Shown in pieces: positions 1 to 8,005 of a stretch of DNA of 64,000 nt. The DNA lies in assembly GCA_964496125.1 (NCBI GenBank), contig CAZBXE010000001.1, positions 35,486-99,485 on the forward strand, written 5' to 3'. The notes beneath the pieces are model-generated. The model was not told the origin of the DNA and ran no database searches. It saw only the letters and a program-made list of their open reading frames with translations. This stretch comes from an uncultured bacterium. Lineage in GTDB: Bacteria; Chlamydiota; Chlamydiia; Chlamydiales; CAZBXE01. A program made the position numbers and the translations under genes. Numbering within the stretch: position 1 is the first letter of the stretch; each line of letters starts with the position of its first letter.

Positions 1-1052
1 ACGCGGATAAAACTTGGCTCTACGAGGTTAAGCCCTCGGTAAAATTGTTCGAGTGATACCTTTTTTAGCTTTTCTGGAAATTCTGCTTGGAGCTTGGGAA
101 AAAAATGCTCCCAAAAGGGAAGACTTTGACCAATTCTTGTTTCCCAGAAACGGGACTGTGATTCATGTATACCAAGAGAGAGCGCTTCTCCAAGCGGAGT
201 GCCATATTCTTCCTTGGGAACACCCATATCATAGAGGCTGTGACCCCCTTCATGCAAACAGGCAAGAATGTTACTAACCAGTGATTCAGGGTGTATTCTT
301 GTTGTGATACGGCTATCAGTCGGATGGGAGGACGAGGAGAAGGGGTGGGCAGAAAGATCGAGGCGTCCTTTGGCAAAGTCGTAGCCCATCGCTTTAAGGA
401 TGAGTTTACCAAAATGCAGCTGTTTATCATGTGGAAAATTTCCGCTTAGAAAACTGTTATCTACCTGTGGTTTGGAGGCCATTTCTTGTAAGAGAGCTCT
501 TGTCCTTTTTGCAAGACCTGTAAAAAGCTGCTCGATCTCTTTTGTTGTGGCCCCAGGTTCATACTCATCGAGTAGGGCATCATAAGGATGCGCTTTGTAG
601 CCGATATATTCTGCTTTCTGGCGGCATGCTTCTACAATCTGTTTTAGAATTTTGGCAAAGCTTTTGTAATCTTCCTTCGGTTTAGCCTCCTTCCACACTT
701 CCACACCTTTTACAATGAGCTTGGTAAATTGCGAGACAAATCTATTCGGGAGCGCGGTGGCGCGGTTAAAGTCTCTTCTCCACATCTTGAGAGCTGCCTT
801 TTGTCTTGTAGAGAGTTTTTTTGCAAGGACACGGCCCGACTTGAGATCGATCAGTTCTCCTAATGTGTTTTGAAATAGCTTGCTTGTGAGTTTTTTGTGG
901 GAAAGGCTTGCTAGTAGGGAAAGTTGCTCTCCTCGGATTTCTCCTCCCTCTCTAGGCATATAGGTTTCTTGGTCCCAATTGAGCACGGAGGATATGCCAT
1001 TTAGTATTTTGATTTCTTTCGAGAGTTTTGTTAGTTTTTCGTAAGTAATCAT
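1..1052 (-). CDS. M32-family (Taq-type) metallocarboxypeptidase, 3' end outside window
   Basis: Hand translation from ATG 1052 (not in ORF track): MITYEKLTKLSKEIKILNGISSVLNWDQETYMPREGGE...HPYDALLDEYEPG...GRLDLSAHPF...LHEGGH (His codon 254-252, in frame)...GIHESQSRFWE. These are M32 signature motifs. SD-like GAGGA upstream. Confidence 0.9.
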   Translation of the reverse strand, partial: MITYEKLTKLSKEIKILNGISSVLNWDQETYMPREGGEIRGEQLSLLASLSHKKLTSKLFQNTLGELIDLKSGRVLAKKLSTRQKAALKMWRRDFNRATALPNRFVSQFTKLIVKGVEVWKEAKPKEDYKSFAKILKQIVEACRQKAEYIGYKAHPYDALLDEYEPGATTKEIEQLFTGLAKRTRALLQEMASKPQVDNSFLSGNFPHDKQLHFGKLILKAMGYDFAKGRLDLSAHPFSSSSHPTDSRITTRIHPESLVSNILACLHEGGHSLYDMGVPKEEYGTPLGEALSLGIHESQSRFWETRIGQSLPFWEHFFPKLQAEFPEKLKKVSLEQFYRGLNLVEPSFIR

Positions 1053-1062
1053 TCTTTCCTCT

Positions 1063-3525
1063 TTAACGTAAAAATACCCTTTGGATGCGGGGGCCAAGGC
1101 ACGTGATCAGTTCATGTACAATCGAGCCTCCGTTTTCTGCAAATTCTTCTGCTGGCACGTATCCACCAAATTCGTCTTGCCCAAAAAAAAGGGCAGTGTC
1201 CCCAACTTTGGCCTCTGGAATGTCGGTGAGGTCGCACATCATATAATCCATACAAATAGAGCCTACCATAGGCGCCTTTTTTCCGTGCACAAGAACAGAC
1301 CCTTTTCCGCTATAGCTACGGTGTAGACCATCAAAGTAACCAATCGGAAGAACGCCTATGGTTTGCCATTTTTTTTTCACGGTATAGTTGCGTCCGTAGC
1401 TGATGGTTTCCCCCTGTTTGCAGTGATTGATCCCAACAATTCTTGAAAGCAGAGAGAGGGCAGGCTTGAGTGGAAGAGCTTTTTTGGCGGAAGCTGAGCT
1501 ATAGAGACCATAGATTCCGAGGGCAATCCGTATCATATTGAAGTTTTCTGTCGGATGGCGAATGACCCCACTCGAGTTTGCGATATGTTGGTATCGTGGG
1601 GTTATTCCAATTCTTTTGAGTTCTTCAGCAATCTCTTGTAGAGCTTTTGACTGCTCTTTTGTGAACGCATCACTTAAAGGGTCTTCTGAGGAGGCATAAT
1701 GAGACATAAGCCCTTCAAAAGTCAGATGGGATGAATTCCAGATTTTTTGAGCGAGTTCTATCGCGTGTTCTTTTCTACATCCAAAACGACTCATGCCTGT
1801 ATCGACGTGGAGGTGGACTTTGCATTTCTTTTCTTGTAAAGCCGCCTCTTTTTCTAGAATGTCCAAGATGGTACTATTGGAAACACCGATTTCAAACCCC
1901 CATTTTACCGCTTTTGCGGCTTCGTAGGGTGGGGTATTGAGAACAAAAATGTCTTGTGTAACCCCGTGCTGCTTAAGGTGGACTCCCTCCTCTACATAGG
2001 AGCAGCCGAGAAGATCGATGCCACATGTTGTAAGAAATTTTGCCATTTGCACGCTGTCTGTGCCGTAAGCGTTTGCCTTTACCATCACCATGATTTTCAC
2101 TCCTTCGGCAAGGGCTTCTCGAAGGGTCTCGATGTTCTCCTGGATGTACCCTAGGTTAATGCGTAGCTCATTATTGTGCTCACTTTCTTGCGTGATCTGC
2201 AGGAGTTTGGGAAGGCTTTCTTTTTTTCCTCCTTTAATCAGAATGACATCTCCTGCACCTACGGTATCTTTGATAAGTCGGACAGCGGTAGCAAGATCGG
2301 GGGTGGCCTTAACCTCCATGGGAAGATGCGTCAACAAGGACTGCTCTTTCGGAACACCTGCTAGGACAAGAAGATCTATTTTTTCATTTTGAAGAGTTTT
2401 TGTTACTTTTTGAAAGGGGGAGAGGTCTGTTTTTTTGTCTTCTTGGAAACCTCCAAAGACAAAAACTTTTTTTCCTTGTCCTCCTAGTTCATGAAGCCTT
2501 TGGAGAGCAAGATCGACAGATAAGGGATCTGCAGAATAGGGTTCATTGATAAAGGTTGCGCCTGTTCTGGTTTTCCAGATCTCAGTTTGCATGAGCTGCC
2601 CGTCGTAGTTTAAGAGAGTCTTTTGGATCTGCTCTTGCGAGATGCCGAGGAGAAAGGCGGTTTTTACGGCCTGGTTTACAAGGGCGACAAAGTGGGGGAA
2701 GCCAAAGGTAATTTTTCCTTCGAAAGTTGACCCCGCGGGAAAGGTAAGGGAGTAGGTAGTAAGAGATGTTTTGGTTGCGTGTGGGAGGTGAAGGTTAGCC
2801 TGATCCCAGGGGTGACTGCCTGGGAACAGGTTGCTTGTCGGGGAAAAAACAAAGCGCTGTCCAGGGAAAGAAAGAAGCTTAAACTTTTCTTCTTCTATTG
2901 TTTTTAAGTTTTTTAGAGTTTGGATGTGCTCCTCTTCGATGCATGTAAGAATAGAGGCATTAGGCCGAATTGTTTTTGCAAGTCTTGCCATTTCCCCTTT
3001 TTTAGAAATGCCTGCTTCGATGATGGCAATTTCATGCTCTTTTTGGATTTGGAATAGGCTTAAAGGGACACCGAGTTGACTGTTGAAGCTCTCCGGGGAT
3101 CGGACTGCTTTCTTTTCGCTGGAGAGAAGAGCGTAGAGGAGATCTTTAAGAAGGGTTTTTCCACGTGATCCTGTAATAGCAATGACGAAGGCTGGCAGTT
3201 GACTTCTGTAACAACTTGCGATTTCTTGCAGGGCTGTGAGAGGGTCATCAACTTCGATGGGGAGGGTGTGCTTGAGATTTATTTTTGTTCCCTTTTTGAC
3301 AAGAGCGAAAGCTGCCTTTACGTTATCTGCTTCGCTAAGAAACTCATGGCCATCTCTTCGTGCTCCTTGCAGGGCGACAAAAAGTGCTTTTTCTTTATAA
3401 ATCTTTCTTGTGTCGATGGCGACTTGGTTGATAAGAAACTGCCGTGGGGGGAGCCTTGTGTTCCAGAGGTGGAGGTCAAATTCTTCCATAAAGGCATTTT
3501 GTGCTTTCCTCCACAAATATTGCAA
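1063..3525 (-). CDS. alr: MurF-like ligase / alanine racemase fusion (MurF-Alr)
   Basis: N-half: DTRKI, ITGSRGKT P-loop, FNSQLGVPLSL, EAGIS (Mur ligase). C-half: VKANAYG PLP lysine, HVDTGMSRFG, GETISYG, PIGYFDG, GSICMD (Alr). Start may be ATG 3489. Confidence 0.9.
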   Translation of the reverse strand: MQYLWRKAQNAFMEEFDLHLWNTRLPPRQFLINQVAIDTRKIYKEKALFVALQGARRDGHEFLSEADNVKAAFALVKKGTKINLKHTLPIEVDDPLTALQEIASCYRSQLPAFVIAITGSRGKTLLKDLLYALLSSEKKAVRSPESFNSQLGVPLSLFQIQKEHEIAIIEAGISKKGEMARLAKTIRPNASILTCIEEEHIQTLKNLKTIEEEKFKLLSFPGQRFVFSPTSNLFPGSHPWDQANLHLPHATKTSLTTYSLTFPAGSTFEGKITFGFPHFVALVNQAVKTAFLLGISQEQIQKTLLNYDGQLMQTEIWKTRTGATFINEPYSADPLSVDLALQRLHELGGQGKKVFVFGGFQEDKKTDLSPFQKVTKTLQNEKIDLLVLAGVPKEQSLLTHLPMEVKATPDLATAVRLIKDTVGAGDVILIKGGKKESLPKLLQITQESEHNNELRINLGYIQENIETLREALAEGVKIMVMVKANAYGTDSVQMAKFLTTCGIDLLGCSYVEEGVHLKQHGVTQDIFVLNTPPYEAAKAVKWGFEIGVSNSTILDILEKEAALQEKKCKVHLHVDTGMSRFGCRKEHAIELAQKIWNSSHLTFEGLMSHYASSEDPLSDAFTKEQSKALQEIAEELKRIGITPRYQHIANSSGVIRHPTENFNMIRIALGIYGLYSSASAKKALPLKPALSLLSRIVGINHCKQGETISYGRNYTVKKKWQTIGVLPIGYFDGLHRSYSGKGSVLVHGKKAPMVGSICMDYMMCDLTDIPEAKVGDTALFFGQDEFGGYVPAEEFAENGGSIVHELITCLGPRIQRVFLR

Positions 3526-3623
3526 GCTCGATTCCTAACTAATCTGATCACCCTCATCTTTATGGAATATTTATACCAAAACAGTATGATGGCTTGTCAA
3601 AAATAGATTGTTAAGAGGTTTCC

Positions 3624-4586
3624 GTGCTCGACAAAATAGACCAGGCAGTCCAACCCTTTCGATTGCAGCAGATGCTTGATCGCATCGCAGTTCATCAATT
3701 AGAAGGCGGCTTTTTTAGAAGAGAGATTGTCACAAGAGCGTATTGCATCGCTGCAGGAGCGTTTGCTCTTACAGAAACTTGTTATAAAGCTGGGTATGGT
3801 CTAGGGCTTGCTACAGTCTTGGCATTGAAAAAAATTATAGTAATTACATTGAACATTGGCGCTTTGTCTCAATTGTTTTTTCTTAACTTTGTCTGGAATA
3901 ACTACATTGCAGTTGCTCCCTCGCAGCAGGTGATGCGGTCTTTTGTATTCTCAGCTCTTTTTATAAAATTTCCTAGAGCGACTTGGAATGCCCTCGACCG
4001 AGCTGTAACTTTATGGCTTGCCCTCCCCGAAAATGCTGTATACCTGGCTGATTTAGCAGGGGGAATCGAAAAAAATACACAATGGATCAACGGGAGGAAC
4101 ACTGTCCACATGCTCACTCAAACCGCTCTTCTGTTTGCCAATGCCCTGTGGACTGTCAGTGTTGGTTTTTGCAGCCCTCAACTGGCCCTTGATAAGCAGC
4201 TTGACTTTGAGCTTCTCGGCTATACGCAAAGACATAGCACTCTGTTGCCTCCCAAAAAAAGCCTTGCCTCTAGGATTCGGCAGGGGATTAATAACCGAGT
4301 CTATACCCTAATAAGCCTGGCTGCTATTATAGGAATCACGCAGCTTTATCGAGTAGATGTTATTGGAAGCATTCTCGGAGGCATTCGCGGTGTTGTGTCT
4401 AGAATTACTCCAACTGGTAGCTCAACTCCAGAAGAACTAGATAGGCTGTATGGTACTGCAAAGATGAATCTGGAATCTGCACGTCTCAATGCCTTAGCAG
4501 CTAAGATGAATTTCTGCTTGCAACAACCCCAAATCTCTATGTGCAGTGAGCTACAGGCGAGTTCCCTTGGTATAAATCCAAGATGA
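3624..4586 (+). CDS. hypothetical protein with several hydrophobic segments
   Basis: 320-aa ORF, GTG start with AAGAGG upstream; fills the gap between divergent murF-alr and convergent lptG; no recognised motif. Confidence 0.7.
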   Translation: MLDKIDQAVQPFRLQQMLDRIAVHQLEGGFFRREIVTRAYCIAAGAFALTETCYKAGYGLGLATVLALKKIIVITLNIGALSQLFFLNFVWNNYIAVAPSQQVMRSFVFSALFIKFPRATWNALDRAVTLWLALPENAVYLADLAGGIEKNTQWINGRNTVHMLTQTALLFANALWTVSVGFCSPQLALDKQLDFELLGYTQRHSTLLPPKKSLASRIRQGINNRVYTLISLAAIIGITQLYRVDVIGSILGGIRGVVSRITPTGSSTPEELDRLYGTAKMNLESARLNALAAKMNFCLQQPQISMCSELQASSLGINPR

Positions 4587-5621
4587 AATTCCAAGGAAAA
4601 TGACCATTGGCGTCAGAAGAGCAGCAGGGGCAGGGAGCATCTGGCTTAGGCTAAGCACTGTGGATGCATTCAGGATAAAGAAGGCCACAAGAAGACCTGC
4701 AATTGATCCAATGTAAAGAAGAAAGACAGCGAGATTCCGGTTGAACCTGAGACAGAAAGGTGCTGGGGCGAGGATGGCAAGGAATGAAAGCCATGGCATG
4801 GCAAGCTTTCGGTAAAACATCGTTGTAATCGCTATTTGAAGATTGGAAGCTGTTTCGGAACGAAGTGGCAGCTCTTGGAAGAGCTCGGTAAGAGAGTAGC
4901 CTTCAATCGGTTTTAAGGATTTTTCAAGAGATGTCTTTTTAACAGGTAGTTCGACAAGGGAGATGCCTGCAAAGGTTTCTTCTAAAATGAGTGCCCCACT
5001 TTCCGCTCTGACAAGATGTTCTCCAAAATGTCCCTCGGGGACTTGTTTTGAGAGGTCTAATATTTTGAAATGATAGAGGTCATCTCCTGTCCTTACCCAG
5101 TATGTATCAAAGAGAAGATCTCTTTCTCTATCGCGGTTCTGAAAAATCAGCAGTGATTTGTCTTCCAGATGAACCATATGTATGTTTCTCGGTTCTTTTT
5201 TTGTTTTTCGAAAAAAGCAACTTTCTTCGATTAAAGAGAGCTTTTCCATTGCGTAGGGGGTTATGTATTGGGCTGAAAAAAAAAGAAAAACCACTGCAAT
5301 AAACCCAGAGTATAAATGGGGCTTCATGAGGGTTTTCATAGGAACACCGCTTGCAAGCAGGGGAATGAGCTCGTTATTTTGGTTGCGGGCTGTGAGGGTC
5401 TTAATATTTGCAAGCAGCAGCGCAAACGGGACAAGGATTTCAAGCCTGCGCACAAATACGCAGCCGTAATATCTAGCAAGGATGTTAAATTCGAATCGGA
5501 TGAGGGGGAATTTACTGATGCGACTCGAGTAGTCGACGAGCACATAGAACACAAAAAAGCAAAGGAGGATAAAAAGAAAGGATTTCCAAAGCTCTACAAG
5601 AAAAAGGCGTTTCCAGATCAT
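4551..5621 (-). CDS. lptG: LptF/LptG (YjgP/YjgQ) LPS export permease
   Basis: 3 N-terminal TM helices, NELIPLLASGVP motif, beta-rich periplasmic region, 3 C-terminal TM; second gene of a tandem pair (F versus G assigned by order). Confidence 0.8.
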   Translation of the reverse strand: MIWKRLFLVELWKSFLFILLCFFVFYVLVDYSSRISKFPLIRFEFNILARYYGCVFVRRLEILVPFALLLANIKTLTARNQNNELIPLLASGVPMKTLMKPHLYSGFIAVVFLFFSAQYITPYAMEKLSLIEESCFFRKTKKEPRNIHMVHLEDKSLLIFQNRDRERDLLFDTYWVRTGDDLYHFKILDLSKQVPEGHFGEHLVRAESGALILEETFAGISLVELPVKKTSLEKSLKPIEGYSLTELFQELPLRSETASNLQIAITTMFYRKLAMPWLSFLAILAPAPFCLRFNRNLAVFLLYIGSIAGLLVAFFILNASTVLSLSQMLPAPAALLTPMVIFLGISSWIYTKGTRL

Positions 5622-6763
5622 TCTACACCTTTTGAGATTTGATTGAGGTTTCTAAGAGAGATAAGCATAATGAAAACACTTGGAAGAATATATAGAGTTG
5701 ATGACAGAGGAAGGCTTTCTCCTAGATTTTTTGCTGAAAAAAAGCAGACTAAATAAAGAGATGAGAGGATAACAACAGCAAGAAGACTCTTGTTTCTGGC
5801 CCTCTTGCCGATATGGATACCAAATGAGCCGCCAAGAAGGGTAAGGGTAACCACAGCAAGGGCAAGAGAGAACCTTCTGAGTATTTCAGAAAGGGTTGCG
5901 GCCCTTCTTTTTTTTAAGATATCGATTTCCCTTTTGGGCGCATTTTCTGTCCGTAGTTGATTGATCATTTGTTTTGTTTCTTGCGCTCGTATGAGAAGAA
6001 GTCTTAAATTTAGGTAGTCGTCGTGGATTTTCCATCTCTTTTTTTTGAGGAGGTGGGAAAATTGAGAAATGGGGCTTTCTAGGTGTCCTGCATTCTCAAT
6101 CACAAGAGTGTCAAAGCTAGAGTCTGTCTCCTTTCTTGCGGTGATCATCGATACCCTTTCACCGACGATGCTTTCTTTTTCGCTGTCGATCTCTTTGGCA
6201 ATCAAGATTCCGAGCCTTTCTTTATGCGCCTCAGGCAGCGCAAAAATTACATCTGTTGCGCTTTGCCCGGCAAGGGCTCTTCCTAATGTGTGAACGTAGA
6301 CGCTGTGAAGCTCTGCCTTTTGGGTGTTACTGAGCAGGACAAGCGGATTGAGCGTTTTGAGTTCTTGTTCCAAAATCTCTGTTGCGAGGTTGGACTTTGT
6401 TGCAAGTTCTGAGGCAATAAAGAAGTTGCATGCCCCTACAAGGGTTGCGGTTGCAAGCAGTGGAGAAAAAATGTTGCTAAAGGAAAAGCCACTTGCTCTC
6501 ATGGCGGTAAGTTCGTTGCGGCTCGAGAGACTTTTTGTCAGGATCATAGCTGATATGAGAGAGGAGATTGGCACAACAACAGGCACAACAAAGGGGATTT
6601 GGTAGAGGGCAAAAAGGGCAATGGAGCTCACTTTGGCACCAAGGGCTGCGAAGTGAGCAATTTCTTCTAGGCGGGTTGTTAAAAGAATAGCTACAAAAGA
6701 AAAAATAGAAAGCAGTAGTACTTTTGTATATTGAACAAGAAGGTAGCGAGAGAGGGTAGACAT
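5618..6763 (-). CDS. lptF: LptF/LptG LPS export permease
   Basis: MSTLSRYLL start (ATG 6763, refined from track start 6820), NELTAMRASG motif, 6 TM pattern; stop overlaps start of partner. Confidence 0.8.
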   Translation of the reverse strand: MSTLSRYLLVQYTKVLLLSIFSFVAILLTTRLEEIAHFAALGAKVSSIALFALYQIPFVVPVVVPISSLISAMILTKSLSSRNELTAMRASGFSFSNIFSPLLATATLVGACNFFIASELATKSNLATEILEQELKTLNPLVLLSNTQKAELHSVYVHTLGRALAGQSATDVIFALPEAHKERLGILIAKEIDSEKESIVGERVSMITARKETDSSFDTLVIENAGHLESPISQFSHLLKKKRWKIHDDYLNLRLLLIRAQETKQMINQLRTENAPKREIDILKKRRAATLSEILRRFSLALAVVTLTLLGGSFGIHIGKRARNKSLLAVVILSSLYLVCFFSAKNLGESLPLSSTLYILPSVFIMLISLRNLNQISKGVE

Positions 6764-6770
6764 GGCCTTG

Positions 6771-6801
6771 AGGATACAATAAATAGGGCTTTTGGTACAA
6801 T
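6771..6801. promoter_or_regulatory. overlapping divergent sigma70/sigma66-type promoters for lptF and tilS
   Basis: Minus: TTGTAC(6800-6795)-18-TATCCT(6776-6771)-7 nt-ATG. Plus: extended -10 TGgTACAAT (TACAAT 6796-6801)-7 nt-ATG 6809. Confidence 0.45.
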
Positions 6802-6808
6802 TACTCCC

Positions 6809-7747
6809 ATGAAACAGCAAATGGAGAGATTTTGGAGGCGTTATGGGAATCCAGGCGCTCCTTTGCTTGTCGGTTTTTCGGGCGGGCCAGATTCAACCTG
6901 CCTTTTGCACTTGCTTTTAGAGCTTGATGCAGACCTCCATGTGGCACATGTCGACCATAGCTGGCGTCCGGAGAGTGCAGAGGAGGCTAAGAGCCTCTCC
7001 TCTTTTGCCGATAGTTTGTCCCTGCCTTTCCACAGTGTTAAGCTCTCTCCTCCTGGGCCAGGCAATGCGGAAGCCTGCGCTCGGGAAGCAAGACTTCTCT
7101 TTTTTCAAGAAATTAGCAGTAAGATTGGCGCGCAAGCAGTCGCCCTTGGCCACCACTTGAATGACCAGGCAGAGACTGTATTAAAGCGAGTTCTTGAAGG
7201 AGCCCCACTTGCGCAGCTCGGGGGATTGGAGAAAGTAAGACGGTATCGGGGGATTATGTATTGGCGCCCTTTGCTCGACGTATCTCGGGGTCAAATTATG
7301 CAGTACTTGGAGGAGAAAAAACTCTCCTATTTAGAGGATCGAACGAATCAAGACCGGAAATATCTCCGTACACGCCTACGAAGGGATGTGTTTCCCTTTC
7401 TAACTGAGGTTTTTGGAAAGGAAATTAGCTCTCCCTTGTGCCAGATTGGAAGGGATTCGACCGAGCTAGAAGGATATCTGGATCGAAAAGTGGCATGGTT
7501 TCTTCCTGAAATTAGGGAGGTTGCAGGCGGCGTTCTTTTTGATTTTTCAAGAGGTTTTCCAGAGGAGGTCATTGAATCTAAGCATCTTCTGCGTTCTTTG
7601 TTTCGGATTAGGGGGCTTTCCATTCCCCGCGAGATTCTCCTCGATCTCATTCGGTTTCTGGCTTCATCCCATGAAACAAGGGTTTTGAAGTGGGGAAGGA
7701 CGGAAGTTCGAATAAAAGGACGGGGGTTTTTGGTAATTAGCAATTGA
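6809..7747 (+). CDS. tilS: tRNA(Ile)-lysidine synthetase, short form
   Basis: GFSGGPDS PP-loop, HVDHSWR, GHHLNDQAET, RPLL, DRTN...RTRLR; ATG 6809 chosen; adjacent to ftsH as is typical. Confidence 0.92.
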   Translation: MKQQMERFWRRYGNPGAPLLVGFSGGPDSTCLLHLLLELDADLHVAHVDHSWRPESAEEAKSLSSFADSLSLPFHSVKLSPPGPGNAEACAREARLLFFQEISSKIGAQAVALGHHLNDQAETVLKRVLEGAPLAQLGGLEKVRRYRGIMYWRPLLDVSRGQIMQYLEEKKLSYLEDRTNQDRKYLRTRLRRDVFPFLTEVFGKEISSPLCQIGRDSTELEGYLDRKVAWFLPEIREVAGGVLFDFSRGFPEEVIESKHLLRSLFRIRGLSIPREILLDLIRFLASSHETRVLKWGRTEVRIKGRGFLVISN

Positions 7748-7942
7748 AAAGGAACAAAATATTTGGTACGATATGGGTTTGAACTCAAGGAGATGCAGAT
7801 TCCGTTTGCAACAAACTCTTTGATTCACATAATGCGGCTATATATAAATGAGTTCAAAAATTGGGAATTTAGAAGCAAAGCCTTCAATTTTAAGGGTTTT
7901 CTGTAGTCAAAATCTCAAGTTTTGAGTGCATTTGTGCTGATT

Positions 7943-7982
7943 GGTGGAGTCCGGATTTCCGTACGGACGGGGACTTCCCACC
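7943..7982 (+). promoter_or_regulatory. GC-rich stem-loop in the ftsH upstream region
   Basis: GGTGG-AGTCC...GGACT-TC-CCACC with inner palindrome TCCGTACGGA. Confidence 0.35.
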
Positions 7983-8005
7983 CTAAAATAATAAGTCTGA
8001 GGCGT

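Noticed and set aside
6731-6808. Upstream-extended starts in the ORF track (tilS 6731, lptF 6820, ftsH 7922, pnp 13598, truB 55053, infB 57894, ribF 54325, ORF 45658, ORF 51758)
   Set aside because: The extensions overlap neighbouring genes or promoters and lack family-like sequence; downstream starts fit SD, coupling or promoter geometry better.
7904-7932. CIRCE-like element (CTC...GAGTGC) upstream of ftsH
   Set aside because: Spacer is 7 nt rather than 9 and the left arm does not match TTAGCACTC.
7943-7982. SRP (4.5S) RNA at the GC-rich hairpin
   Set aside because: Lacks the CAGG/AGCA internal loop and GNRA tetraloop of SRP helix 8, and is too short.
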